Of a DNA stretch of 64,000 nucleotides, positions 1-10,038 are shown piece after piece; the stretch's first letter is position 1, and each line of letters begins with the position of its first letter. The DNA comes from an uncultured virus (IMG/VR IMGVR_UViG_3300021959_000013) (lineage: Duplodnaviria > Heunggongvirae > Uroviricota > Caudoviricetes). Below the pieces are notes generated by a model. The model ran no database searches and was not told where the DNA came from. It worked only from the letters and a program-made list of their open reading frames with translations. The stretch lies in the IMG/VR virus record IMGVR_UViG_3300021959_000013; one strand, written 5' to 3'. Made by a program: the position numbers and the translations under genes.

Positions 1-2
1 CT

Positions 3-1388
3 GTTGGAATGAGCCTTTATGATAACCCAGCAGATAATACAACAAGTTTACTATGTGCAGGTTCTTTAAACATAAATTGTGGAGGTAGTGGAGCAGATTT
101 ACATGTAAATACAAATGGTAAGGTTGGTATTGGAACAACGGCTCCAGGGCATCCTTTAAGTGTACGAGCAGCCAATGCTAAGATTACAGCCGAATCTACA
201 GCTGATAGTCAGGTAATTGGATTTCAAGCTAAATATCAAGACCATGCTACTCTATATGGTAGTTTTGAATATCATACTGGAGACGCTCAATTATATATTG
301 ATAACAATTTTACTGGAAATGGTACTAACTATAGCGATATTAATTTCCGAAACAAAGACACGAGTGGAAATTTCCAAACCGCTATAAAAATTAAAGGCGG
401 TAATGCAGGTAACAATGGTTATGTTGGAATTGGAGTAAGTTCTCCTTTAGGAAAATTACATGTAAGAGATGGTTCTGCTCAATCTGGAATATCTCATACT
501 TATATTTATGACGGTTCTGCTATCAGTGTAGAAGCAACTGAACCTGCAATTCAACTAATGGCAGAAGACTCTGGTACTCATGGTGGAAGTCTTTTATGGC
601 GATACGGTAATAACGCTTTTTCTGCAATTGCAAACCCTACAACCGATACACTCGATTTTACATATGGCGTGACAACAGGGAATGATTTTCAGGTACATTC
701 TGGCACTAATTTGTCGAGTTATACGAAAATGATGTCTATACATAACGATGGTAGAGATTTTGACATCACCTCAGACACAGCGAATGACTATACTCCAAGA
801 ATAAACTTATACAGTAAATCATCTGGAGCATATGCTGGAGAAATTAATTTTTACTCTAAACATAATAGTAATGAATGGGTATGCGCTTCAATATTTGCTA
901 CTGGCGCTGCTGGTTACGGAACTGGTAATCCTCCAAATGGTGGAATGAGATTATATATAAGAGGAGCTTATGGCGATACGCATGCGCTCAATGCGGTAGA
1001 CATAGCATCAAATGGCGTTGTTAGTGGAGATTTTAATGATACATCCGATATAGCATTGAAAAAAGACATAGTTTCTTTGAACGCTTCAGACAGTTTGACA
1101 GCAATAAAAGCATTAAATCCTGTATCATTTAAATGGAAGCTAGATGATGAGAAAAGGTCTGGATTTATAGCACAAGAAGTAGAAGAACATTTACCAAATG
1201 ATGTAATAGGAGAAGATTGGAGAGCAGAAGTAAAAGGTGAAGAAGGAGACCCATCTAAGCGTGATGAAGGCTCTAAAGGCAAAGCAGTAAATTCAACAGG
1301 AATATTAGCACATGCAGTCAAAGTCATACAAGAACAACAAGCAGCAATAGAAGATTTACAATCTAGAATAGCTACATTAGAAGGATAA
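3..1388 (+). CDS. Tail fibre/spike protein with C-terminal intramolecular chaperone (peptidase S74-like); probably 5'-partial
   Basis: G(K/Y)VGIG(T/V)xxP fibre repeats; C-terminal SDIALKKDI...LNPVSFKWK...GFIAQEV and terminal coiled coil; frame is open to the window edge. Confidence 0.85.
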   Translation, partial: VGMSLYDNPADNTTSLLCAGSLNINCGGSGADLHVNTNGKVGIGTTAPGHPLSVRAANAKITAESTADSQVIGFQAKYQDHATLYGSFEYHTGDAQLYIDNNFTGNGTNYSDINFRNKDTSGNFQTAIKIKGGNAGNNGYVGIGVSSPLGKLHVRDGSAQSGISHTYIYDGSAISVEATEPAIQLMAEDSGTHGGSLLWRYGNNAFSAIANPTTDTLDFTYGVTTGNDFQVHSGTNLSSYTKMMSIHNDGRDFDITSDTANDYTPRINLYSKSSGAYAGEINFYSKHNSNEWVCASIFATGAAGYGTGNPPNGGMRLYIRGAYGDTHALNAVDIASNGVVSGDFNDTSDIALKKDIVSLNASDSLTAIKALNPVSFKWKLDDEKRSGFIAQEVEEHLPNDVIGEDWRAEVKGEEGDPSKRDEGSKGKAVNSTGILAHAVKVIQEQQAAIEDLQSRIATLEG

Positions 1389-1391
1389 ATT

Positions 1392-3824
1392 ATGGCACTA
1401 ACAAAAATACCAGCAAATATGTTATCAGGTGTAGACCTAGGAGATAGTGTACGAGTAAATTTAGGTACTGATAATGATTTAGCACTTTTCCATACTGGAG
1501 GAAATGGTGTTATTCATAATACTACTGGTGAATTAAGAATTAGAGCAAATAATCTTAAACTTCAAGATTACACTAATGAAGATTTAATGATTGTTGCAAC
1601 TTCAGACGGTTCAGTAGATTTATATCATAATAATCAAAAGAAATTTGAAACATCAGCTACTGGTGCATCAGTAACTGGTAACCTTGCAGTATCAGGTAAT
1701 CTCACAGTAAGTGGAACGACTACCGAATTAGATACAACAAATTTAAATGTCACAGATAAAAACATAACACTTAACTATCATGCTTCCAGTGATACTTCAT
1801 CTAATGCAGATGGTGCTGGTATTACAATTCAAGATGCTGTAAATAGTTCAACCGATGCAACACTTAATTGGTCAGCCTCAAATGATAGATTTGTAATGTC
1901 ACATGGCTTACAAGTGACTTCAGGCGTTGTACAAGTAGCACAATGGTTAACTCATAACAGCACTAACGCCGCTCAAGCTTTTGGTCCAACTGGCGCTTTT
2001 GGTAGTAGTTCTGCAATCGGTAGAGCAGGTGGCGCAAATTATCATATAGGTGGTTCAGCAGTAGGTGATATGTGTATAGCAGCAGAGAGCAGTAAGCGTA
2101 TGCTTTTTGGTACTTCTGCTTCAGGAAATCCCTCACTTAGAATGCTTATTGATTCATCAGGCAATGTTGGAATTGGAACAACTGCTCCAGGCTCATACTT
2201 CGGTGGGAGTAATAATCTAGTCGTTAAACAAGCAAGCGGTGAAGGCGGTATTACAGTGGTTACAGCCGATAATACTACAGGGTACTTACTGTTTGCAGAT
2301 GGAACTTCAGGAAATGCTGCATATCGAGGTCAGGTTGCTTACTCACACAGTTCAGATGTTTTAAATTTAGTTTCATCAGGTACTATGGGTTTCAAAACTG
2401 ATACTAGCAGAGTTACTAAAGCGACCATTAATACTACAGGTCATTTAACATTTAATCCTGTTAGTGCTTTCTCTGGATTAAACAATAGTCTTTTAGGAAG
2501 TTCAAACGGGTACATGTACGCAATGGGTGGAACAGCAGGACTATACTTAGGAGATAACTCAGCTCTTGCTAATGCGATTGGTATAAGAGATGCTAACTAT
2601 ATTGACTTTACTACTAGTGGTCAAAACACTTTAAAATTTGACTTAGATGGTATACATTTTCAAAGAGCTGATGGTCAATCAATAACTGCAAAAGAATCAA
2701 TTATAATGGAAATTGATGAAGATAATAATAGCGCATCTAGAGTATTTCAAGTTAGAGATGGAAGTGGAAGTGTATTATTAAATGTGCATGATGATTATAG
2801 AACAGAAGTTGGTACCTTACAATATGGGACTACAACAGGCGCAGGGTCTACTCAATCAAATGGATTAGGAGCAGCTGCAAATGATTGGGTTGATATTGCA
2901 TCAATTCCTTATGGAAGAAATGTTGGTACAATATTTTTCTGGTGGGATGGAGTGTATTCACCTTCAAGTTCACATCATGGTATGATGGAATTTGAACTTG
3001 CTTCTCACTATGGTACTTCTTATTTTTATGGTTGGGACACACAACTCACACTTACAAGAAGCACTGCTCATAATAGTTTTTATATCAAAGAAGCTAGGAT
3101 TATTACACCTGGTGGTTCAGGAGCAACTGGATATTTTCAAGTAAAATTTGGTGCAGCAACTGGAACACAGGGCACTTTAAGAGTTGGCATGAAATCACGA
3201 GAAGAGTCATGTTCTATAACACCAATGACACCTGCTGTTAATAATAGCAGAAGTGGAACAACACTTGCGTTTTTAGAAATGCAGGCTGACGAATGGTCTG
3301 GAAAGACTGGAAGAGTCGGTCATGCTTTTTCTAAAGATGTTTCAATGAAAGGAAGTTTAAGAGTAGATGGCCAACCGGGTTGTTCTATAAGAGGTACTGG
3401 AGCGTGGCTAAGTCTGACTGGAGCTTCTTGGAATAACTTTATACAAACACCACATGTAATATATAATAGTGGCTCTTGGAATAATACTAATAAAAGATTT
3501 ACAGCGCCGTGTAGTGGTAGGTATCTCGTAACACAAAGTGTTTATGGAAGATGGAATGGTAGTAAAACTCTAGGTGCTGGATATCTTCATGTTGGATTTT
3601 TTATAAATGGTACTTCGAGTGCTTCGAATTTCGGTGGTTCTTTTCCGTATCTGATTCATGGTTATTCTGATACTGGGTCTACTCCTTATTATAACGGACC
3701 AGCCCAAACGTATATAGTAAATTTATCCATGGGCGATTATATTACGCCAGCCTGTTACGCGCATGGAAACAGTAACGAAAGTTACGAACAATATAGATAT
3801 TTTCACGTACAATTACTATCATAG
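1392..3824 (+). CDS. Tail fibre/receptor-binding protein with C1q-like C-terminal domain
   Basis: MALTKI N-terminus, Gly/Ser/Thr-rich repeats, GNVGIGTTAP motif, C-terminal FTAPCSGRYLV motif. Confidence 0.75.
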   Translation: MALTKIPANMLSGVDLGDSVRVNLGTDNDLALFHTGGNGVIHNTTGELRIRANNLKLQDYTNEDLMIVATSDGSVDLYHNNQKKFETSATGASVTGNLAVSGNLTVSGTTTELDTTNLNVTDKNITLNYHASSDTSSNADGAGITIQDAVNSSTDATLNWSASNDRFVMSHGLQVTSGVVQVAQWLTHNSTNAAQAFGPTGAFGSSSAIGRAGGANYHIGGSAVGDMCIAAESSKRMLFGTSASGNPSLRMLIDSSGNVGIGTTAPGSYFGGSNNLVVKQASGEGGITVVTADNTTGYLLFADGTSGNAAYRGQVAYSHSSDVLNLVSSGTMGFKTDTSRVTKATINTTGHLTFNPVSAFSGLNNSLLGSSNGYMYAMGGTAGLYLGDNSALANAIGIRDANYIDFTTSGQNTLKFDLDGIHFQRADGQSITAKESIIMEIDEDNNSASRVFQVRDGSGSVLLNVHDDYRTEVGTLQYGTTTGAGSTQSNGLGAAANDWVDIASIPYGRNVGTIFFWWDGVYSPSSSHHGMMEFELASHYGTSYFYGWDTQLTLTRSTAHNSFYIKEARIITPGGSGATGYFQVKFGAATGTQGTLRVGMKSREESCSITPMTPAVNNSRSGTTLAFLEMQADEWSGKTGRVGHAFSKDVSMKGSLRVDGQPGCSIRGTGAWLSLTGASWNNFIQTPHVIYNSGSWNNTNKRFTAPCSGRYLVTQSVYGRWNGSKTLGAGYLHVGFFINGTSSASNFGGSFPYLIHGYSDTGSTPYYNGPAQTYIVNLSMGDYITPACYAHGNSNESYEQYRYFHVQLLS

Positions 3825-3836
3825 GAGAAAAAAAAG

Positions 3837-4100
3837 ATGGCAGATTATACAATAACATACACAGATTCAGAAGTAAAACTTCTTGAATGTCACGCACTGG
3901 ATATAGACGAGTGGTTAACTAATTTTGGCCAAGCAACAGCAGATAGATTATACGCTGATATGTTACCAAGATTAGTAGAGCATTGTAATGTAAACAGCTT
4001 AACACTGGCAACAGGAAGAGATGCTCAAATTACACAAGCTCTTGACTTAGGCTTAATTACAAAGTTAACCTCGGCCGATGCTCCTTCAGCTGGAGACTAA
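3837..4100 (+). CDS. Small hypothetical protein, possibly fibre-associated
   Basis: AGGAG RBS; directly follows fibre gene. Confidence 0.6.
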   Translation: MADYTITYTDSEVKLLECHALDIDEWLTNFGQATADRLYADMLPRLVEHCNVNSLTLATGRDAQITQALDLGLITKLTSADAPSAGD

Positions 4101-4118
4101 ATTGGAAGGATAAACTCT

Positions 4119-4126
4119 TATAAATA
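4119..4126 (+). promoter_or_regulatory. T4-type late promoter TATAAATA
   Basis: Exact gp55 consensus in the intergenic gap upstream of gp13. Confidence 0.8.
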
Positions 4127-4146
4127 GATTATAATAGGAATAAATA

Positions 4147-5109
4147 ATGGCAAAACCAAATTCAAAAACTACATTTATAGATTACTGCTTAAGAAGTTTG
4201 GGCGCGCCTGTAATAGAAATCAATGTTGATGATGACCAAATAGATGATAGAGTAGACGAAGCTCTTCAATTCTATCAATTTTACCATGCTGATTCTATTG
4301 AAAAAATGCATTTAAAGCATAAAGTAACTAATTCAGAATTAACATTAACAGGTGCAGTTGCTGGTAATTTCTCAGTAGGAGAAAAGATTACTGGTTCAAA
4401 TTCTGGAGCAATTGCTACAATTAAAACAGCAACTGGAAATAAGATTACATACAGCGCTTTAAAAGATTCAAACACGCCATTTAGTACTGAAACAATAACT
4501 GGTGAATCATCAGGTGCAACAGCTGTGATAGCATCTATTGCAAAGGGTGATATCGAAAACGGATACATTACTTTAAATGATTTAGTAAGAGATGTTATAA
4601 GAGTTATGCCTATAAGAGATACAGTATCATCAACTGATATGTTTGATATAAGATATCAAATTCATTTAAATGATATACATTCAGTTGGATTCATGGGTAG
4701 TCTTACTGATTATGTAATGTCACAACAGTTTTTATCGCTTTTAGACCAAGTTATAGATTCAGACGAAAAACATATTAACTTTGAAAGACATAAAAACCAA
4801 TTACGTATTGATATGGATTGGGATAATGAAGTTGAAGTTGATGATTATATTGTTATTGAATGCTATAGAGTAATAGACCCTGATACATATACAGATGTAT
4901 ATAATGATTATTTCTTAAAAAGATATGCAACAGCATTAATCAAAAGACAATGGGGTACAAACTTAATCAAGTTCGAGGGTATGGTAATGCCAGGTGGCGT
5001 AACATTTAATGGACGTCAAATATTTGATGATGCAAACGAAGAAATTACAAGATTAGAGGAAGAAGCTAGATTGAACTGGGAACAGCCAGTCGACTTCATG
5101 ACAGGATAA
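4147..5109 (+). CDS. gp13: Neck protein gp13
   Basis: YCLRSLGAPVIEINVDDDQIDDRVDEALQ and QWGTNLIKFEG..MPGGVTFNG motifs; synteny. Confidence 0.93.
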   Translation: MAKPNSKTTFIDYCLRSLGAPVIEINVDDDQIDDRVDEALQFYQFYHADSIEKMHLKHKVTNSELTLTGAVAGNFSVGEKITGSNSGAIATIKTATGNKITYSALKDSNTPFSTETITGESSGATAVIASIAKGDIENGYITLNDLVRDVIRVMPIRDTVSSTDMFDIRYQIHLNDIHSVGFMGSLTDYVMSQQFLSLLDQVIDSDEKHINFERHKNQLRIDMDWDNEVEVDDYIVIECYRVIDPDTYTDVYNDYFLKRYATALIKRQWGTNLIKFEGMVMPGGVTFNGRQIFDDANEEITRLEEEARLNWEQPVDFMTG

Positions 5110-5112
5110 ACC

Positions 5113-6051
5113 ATGCCGAGAAACGTATACTTTTCTCAGGCCGTCAAAAGTGAACAACACTTATATGAAGACCTGATAATAGAATCCTTAGGAATATATG
5201 GACAAGATGTTTATTACATTCCACGTACAATAGTAAATAGAGACAGTGTTTTAAATGATGACCCTGCGTCAACATTTGATGATGCTTACCTTATGGAAAT
5301 GTATATTGATAATCCAGAAGGCTTTGATGGTGCTGGTGATTTATATAGTAAGTTTGGCTTAGATATAAAAGATGAAGCTACATTTATAGTATCGCGTAGA
5401 AGATGGGATGATAAAGTTGGTACTTTTTCTGCTAATGTAGAAAATCCAAGACCAATGGAAGGAGATTTAATCTTCTTACCAATGACAAATAATTTCTTTG
5501 AAATTAGTTTTGTTGAAGACGAACAACCATTTTATCAATTATCAAACTTACCAGTCTATACTATGAAGTGTTCATTGTTTGAATACAATGACGAAGATTT
5601 CGAAACTGGTATTGTAGATATAGATGACACAGTATCTGTAGAAGGATATCAATTGCCAATAGATGTAACTATTTCTGGTGGAACACATTTCGAAGTTGGT
5701 GAAATTGTAAGACAAACTGTAGATTCAAGTGTCACACCTAATGTAATTGTATTTGGCGAAGTTCAACAAAGAACTAAATCATCAGACATATTAAGTAAAA
5801 TATGGGTATCTAATATTGGAACAACAGGTTCAACAGATGCTAAATCATTTACTCAAGGCGGAACAATAACAGGAGATACATCAACTTATAGTGGTATTAT
5901 TGCTAAAGTATATAGCGATGTCACAGATATCACAGGCAACTCTTGGTCAACAGATGAACAAGCTCAAAACGTAGAATTTGAAATAGATGCAGATGGATTT
6001 ATTGATTTCTCAGAATCAAATCCATTTGGCGACCCATCGGAGACTTACTAA
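5113..6051 (+). CDS. gp14: Neck protein gp14
   Basis: EQHLYEDLIIES..YGQDVYYIPR, PMEGDLIF, FSESNPFG; synteny. Confidence 0.93.
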   Translation: MPRNVYFSQAVKSEQHLYEDLIIESLGIYGQDVYYIPRTIVNRDSVLNDDPASTFDDAYLMEMYIDNPEGFDGAGDLYSKFGLDIKDEATFIVSRRRWDDKVGTFSANVENPRPMEGDLIFLPMTNNFFEISFVEDEQPFYQLSNLPVYTMKCSLFEYNDEDFETGIVDIDDTVSVEGYQLPIDVTISGGTHFEVGEIVRQTVDSSVTPNVIVFGEVQQRTKSSDILSKIWVSNIGTTGSTDAKSFTQGGTITGDTSTYSGIIAKVYSDVTDITGNSWSTDEQAQNVEFEIDADGFIDFSESNPFGDPSETY

Positions 6052-6794
6052 TGTTTGGAGACCATTTCTATCATTCAACAATGAGAAAATCAGTGGCTGT
6101 ATTTGGTACACTATTTAATAATATTCAAGTAGTAAGAAAAAAAGCTGATGGCAGTACTATAAACCAGATAAGAGTTCCTCTTGCTTATGGTCCTAAAGAA
6201 AAATATTTAGCTCGTATCGATAGCAGCGCTACTTCATCGATGGGCATTAAATTACCAAGAATGGCGTTTGATATAACAGGTATTACATTAGACACTACTC
6301 AAAAAATGGCTAAGAGAAATATCATATCGGAAACACATGGGTCAGATATTACTAAAAAGAAAACAATAAAGCATTATACTTCTTATGATATTGGTATGTC
6401 ATTATATATTTTAGCTAAAAATCAAGATGATGGACTACAAATTGTTGAACAAATATTGCCGTATTTTCAACCAGAATATAATGTTACCATTACACCAGTT
6501 GAAGGATTTAATTATAAACAAGATGTTTCTGTTATACTTGGCGGTATTAGTATTGATGACCAATACGAGGGAGACTTTACTGAAAGAAGAGTACTTACTT
6601 ATCAATTAGATTTTACAATGAAAATGAAATTCTTTGGGCCAACAGCTGACCAAAAAATTATACGTGAAGTTAATTTAGACTTCCATGAAAAAGATAATGT
6701 CAGCAGAACGTTCGAGGAAATGGACTTTACTGTTGGTGGTTCAGATACTGCAGATAGTTTTACAGTAACTGAAACTAAAACTGAAGGTGGATAA
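6051..6794 (+). CDS. gp15: Tail sheath stabiliser/terminator gp15
   Basis: FYH...FGTLFNNI, VPLAYGPKEK, QIVEQILPYFQP. Confidence 0.93.
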   Translation: MFGDHFYHSTMRKSVAVFGTLFNNIQVVRKKADGSTINQIRVPLAYGPKEKYLARIDSSATSSMGIKLPRMAFDITGITLDTTQKMAKRNIISETHGSDITKKKTIKHYTSYDIGMSLYILAKNQDDGLQIVEQILPYFQPEYNVTITPVEGFNYKQDVSVILGGISIDDQYEGDFTERRVLTYQLDFTMKMKFFGPTADQKIIREVNLDFHEKDNVSRTFEEMDFTVGGSDTADSFTVTETKTEGG

Positions 6795-7201
6795 TGGATA
6801 AAAAAGAAAAGATGGCTGCAAATCTACAAAAGAATTTGCCAGCTACTAAAAATAGACCTATCAAAATAGATAAAGATATTAAAGATGATTATGAGTTTTC
6901 GCGTAAAACTTATAAAGACTTAATATATACTGGTACTCGTTCAATGGATGTACTTGCTGAATTAGCAAGAGAATCTGAACATCCAAGAGCGTTTGAAGTA
7001 CTTGCTCAAACAATAAAAAATATCGGTGATACTACTGAAAAGCTTATGTCTTTACAAAAGAAAAAGAAAGATTTAACAGCTGATGAAACTGAGAAACAAA
7101 AAAATGTGACGAATAATAATATGTTTGTAGGTAGTACAACAGACTTACAAAGACTTTTATTAGATAGAGATAATGTGATTGATGCAAAAGTTAAAGAATA
7201 A
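6794..7201 (+). CDS. gp16: Terminase small subunit gp16
   Basis: DDYEFSR, ESEHPRAFEV, NNMFVGSTTDLQ. Confidence 0.93.
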   Translation: MDKKEKMAANLQKNLPATKNRPIKIDKDIKDDYEFSRKTYKDLIYTGTRSMDVLAELARESEHPRAFEVLAQTIKNIGDTTEKLMSLQKKKKDLTADETEKQKNVTNNNMFVGSTTDLQRLLLDRDNVIDAKVKE

Positions 7202-8795
7202 TGAGTTTGGTTATCTAGGCAATCCGTCTGTAAAAAGAGATGGTGTTGAAACTGAATTTACAAAAGATGACATTCTAGAATATCAAAGATGTATGAGAGA
7301 CCCAGCATATTTTGCTAGGACATATATTAAAATTATAAATCTAGACGAAGGATTAGTTCCATTTAATTTATATCCTTATCAAGAAAACATGTTTAAACAT
7401 TTTAATGATAATAGATTTAGTATAGTATTAGCATGTAGACAAAGTGGTAAATCAATATCTTCAGTTGTATATCTCTTATGGTATGCAGTGTTTCATCCAG
7501 AAAAAACAATTGCAATATTAGCAAATAAAGGAGCAGTTGCAAGAGAAATGCTCGCGCGTATCACGCTAGCGTTAGAAAATTTACCATTCTTTTTACAGCC
7601 AGGATGTAAGGCTTTAAATAAAGGTAGTATAGAATTTAGTAATAATAGTAAGATAATAGCTTCAGCTACTTCTGGTAGTTCAATAAGAGGTTTATCTATT
7701 AACTTACTATTCCTTGATGAGTTTGCATTTGTAGAAAATGACGCACAATTTTATACATCAACTTATCCTGTAGTATCTGCTGGTAAAGATACTCAGATTA
7801 TTATTACATCTACAGCAAATGGAATAGGTAATATATACCATAAACTATGGGAAGGTGCAGTACAAAAAACAAATGAGTTTAAACCGTTTAGAGTAGATTG
7901 GTGGGATGTTCCAGGAAGAGATGATAAATGGAAAGAAACTACTGTATCTAATACTTCTGAGTTACAGTTCGAACAAGAGTTTGGTAATACCTTTCATGGA
8001 AGAGGCAATACATTAATTAGTGCTAATCATTTATTAGCTCAAGTAAGTGTTGACCCAGAGTTTTTTAAAGAAAACGTTTACATATATAAACAGCCAATTG
8101 AAGGCCACGAGTATGTAATGACTGTTGATGTATCTAAAGGCAGAAATCAAGATTATAGTACATTTACAATAATTGATGTAAGTGAACAGCCATTTGAACA
8201 GGTTGCAGTATTTAGAGATAACAATATATCTCCAATGCTATTGCCAGATATTATATACAAGTACGCAAATACATATAATGAAGCTTATGTAGTTGTTGAA
8301 AGTAATGACCAAGGTGGAGTTGTTTGTAATGGTTTATATTATGATTTAGAATACGAAAACATGTTTGTAGAATCAAGTATTAAAGCAAATGCTCTTGGTG
8401 CTACTATGACTCGAAGAGTTAAACGTATTGGTTGTTCAAGCATAAAAGACTTAATAGAACAAGGTAAGCTTAAAATAAATGATGCTAATACAATAGTTGA
8501 AATGAGTACCTTTGTAAGTAAAGGAAATAGTTACATGGCCCAAGCTCCAAATCATGACGATTTAATGATGAACTTAGTTCTTTTTGCTTGGTTTACTACA
8601 ACTGATGTATTTCAAGCTTTGACAAATATTGATATGAAAGATATGTTATATAGAGAAAGGTTGGCTGCAATACAAGACGATATGTTACCATTTGGTTTTC
8701 TTGAGAGTGGGAACTACGAAAAGGATAAATATACTAAAGACGATGATGGAAACATTTGGTTCGAACAAGAATGGACAGGAAATGCAAAATTTTAA
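7179..8795 (+). CDS. gp17: Terminase large subunit gp17
   Basis: Walker A RQSGKS, Walker B FLDEFAF, nuclease DVSKG and HDDLMM. Confidence 0.97.
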   Translation: MMQKLKNNEFGYLGNPSVKRDGVETEFTKDDILEYQRCMRDPAYFARTYIKIINLDEGLVPFNLYPYQENMFKHFNDNRFSIVLACRQSGKSISSVVYLLWYAVFHPEKTIAILANKGAVAREMLARITLALENLPFFLQPGCKALNKGSIEFSNNSKIIASATSGSSIRGLSINLLFLDEFAFVENDAQFYTSTYPVVSAGKDTQIIITSTANGIGNIYHKLWEGAVQKTNEFKPFRVDWWDVPGRDDKWKETTVSNTSELQFEQEFGNTFHGRGNTLISANHLLAQVSVDPEFFKENVYIYKQPIEGHEYVMTVDVSKGRNQDYSTFTIIDVSEQPFEQVAVFRDNNISPMLLPDIIYKYANTYNEAYVVVESNDQGGVVCNGLYYDLEYENMFVESSIKANALGATMTRRVKRIGCSSIKDLIEQGKLKINDANTIVEMSTFVSKGNSYMAQAPNHDDLMMNLVLFAWFTTTDVFQALTNIDMKDMLYRERLAAIQDDMLPFGFLESGNYEKDKYTKDDDGNIWFEQEWTGNAKF

Positions 8796-9957
8796 CGAAT
8801 TTACAGCTGAAAAAACAGTAATAACAGAGGAAGAGAAAAGTTATAGGTATGTATATCTATGGTACGATGACCCTGAAGACCCTGATGACCCAGAAGCTAC
8901 TGCAGATGATTTTATAAAAGAAGGAGATTCTGTAGGTTTAAAGGGATTTAAAGTTGATGTACAAGGTGCTTATTCTGATTTAGAAGATGGAGTAAGGTAT
9001 ATCTACGATGGTATGACTGATAAAAAAGAAAGAAAGTTTAGAATAGATGAAAACACACTAGTATTTGTAAGAGCTCCAGTTACTAAAAGAAAAGCTTGGT
9101 CAGACTTTTTAACTCAGTTAGAAAGAGCTGGTGTTGTATGTGTTAACACTCGTGCATGTATGGAGATAACATCTGATAAATATAGAACAAGTTTATATCT
9201 TGCTGAAGCAGAACTAGCTCAGCCTAAAACAGTTTTAGTTCATCATCCAGAAAAAGCAATACCTGCTATGGAAAGACTTGGTGCTAAATATCCAGTTATT
9301 CTTAAAACACTTACAGGTTCATTAGGCATTGGTGTTATTAAAGTAGATTCAGAAAGTTCATTGCATTCAACTGTACAGTTATTATATAAACTAGACCCAA
9401 ACATGGGTGTATTACTACAAGAAATGATTAAAGACTTTACATTTGATATACGTGCTCATGTTATCGGTGGTAAATTCCATGGAGCAATTAAAAGACCTGT
9501 AGTAGCAAAAGACTTTAGAAGTAATGTATCACTTGGTTCTAAGCCTGCTCCTATAGAGCTAACTGATTTAGAAATAGAACATGTTGAAAAAGCAGCTAAA
9601 GCTGTTGATGGATTATGGGTAGGTGTAGATATATTCCCATCTAAAGATAGAAATAAAATACCACCAATGTTTATTGAGATTAATTCAACACCAGGCACAA
9701 AAGGATATAGAAAAGCTACTGGAGAAAACCTAGCTAAAAATATCTTAATAAAATTTAAAAATAGGGATTATTGGCTCAAACCTAATACATATAAATCAAT
9801 GTTTGAAGATAAAATACAAGCAGACAGTATGGAGTTTGAGGGAGATGTTGTAAAATGGTCTAAAGACGGTATACAATATGAACATGATATAATTGGTATA
9901 TCAGATAAAAATCCTATAATAGAATATAATTCTATCGAAGTTGAGTTGCTTCGTTAG
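8782..9957 (+). CDS. RimK-like ATP-grasp ligase with capsid-targeting-like N-terminus
   Basis: DKYRTSL, YPVILKTLTGSLGIGV, LLQE, FRSNVSLG, GVDI, EINSTPG; start MQNFNEFTAE at 8782 after AGGA. Confidence 0.85.
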   Translation: MQNFNEFTAEKTVITEEEKSYRYVYLWYDDPEDPDDPEATADDFIKEGDSVGLKGFKVDVQGAYSDLEDGVRYIYDGMTDKKERKFRIDENTLVFVRAPVTKRKAWSDFLTQLERAGVVCVNTRACMEITSDKYRTSLYLAEAELAQPKTVLVHHPEKAIPAMERLGAKYPVILKTLTGSLGIGVIKVDSESSLHSTVQLLYKLDPNMGVLLQEMIKDFTFDIRAHVIGGKFHGAIKRPVVAKDFRSNVSLGSKPAPIELTDLEIEHVEKAAKAVDGLWVGVDIFPSKDRNKIPPMFIEINSTPGTKGYRKATGENLAKNILIKFKNRDYWLKPNTYKSMFEDKIQADSMEFEGDVVKWSKDGIQYEHDIIGISDKNPIIEYNSIEVELLR

Positions 9958-9969
9958 AAAACAAATTGT

Positions 9970-9977
9970 TATAAATA
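9970..9977 (+). promoter_or_regulatory. Late promoter TATAAATA (gp18)
   Basis: Exact consensus, intergenic. Confidence 0.8.
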
Positions 9978-10038
9978 AGTATGTATTGAATATTCTTATT
10001 ATGACACATATTAACTAACTCAAATAGAGGACAAAGCG

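Noticed and set aside
4330..5930. Beta-rich insertions in gp13 and gp14 as a novelty
   Set aside because: Similar F.VGE.ITG insertions are, to my knowledge, common in marine T4-like neck proteins.
8692..8781. Longer N-termini given by the ORF track (also 26694, 29217, 39285, 43953, 55642)
   Set aside because: They overlap upstream genes or promoters; RBS position or coupling supports downstream starts.
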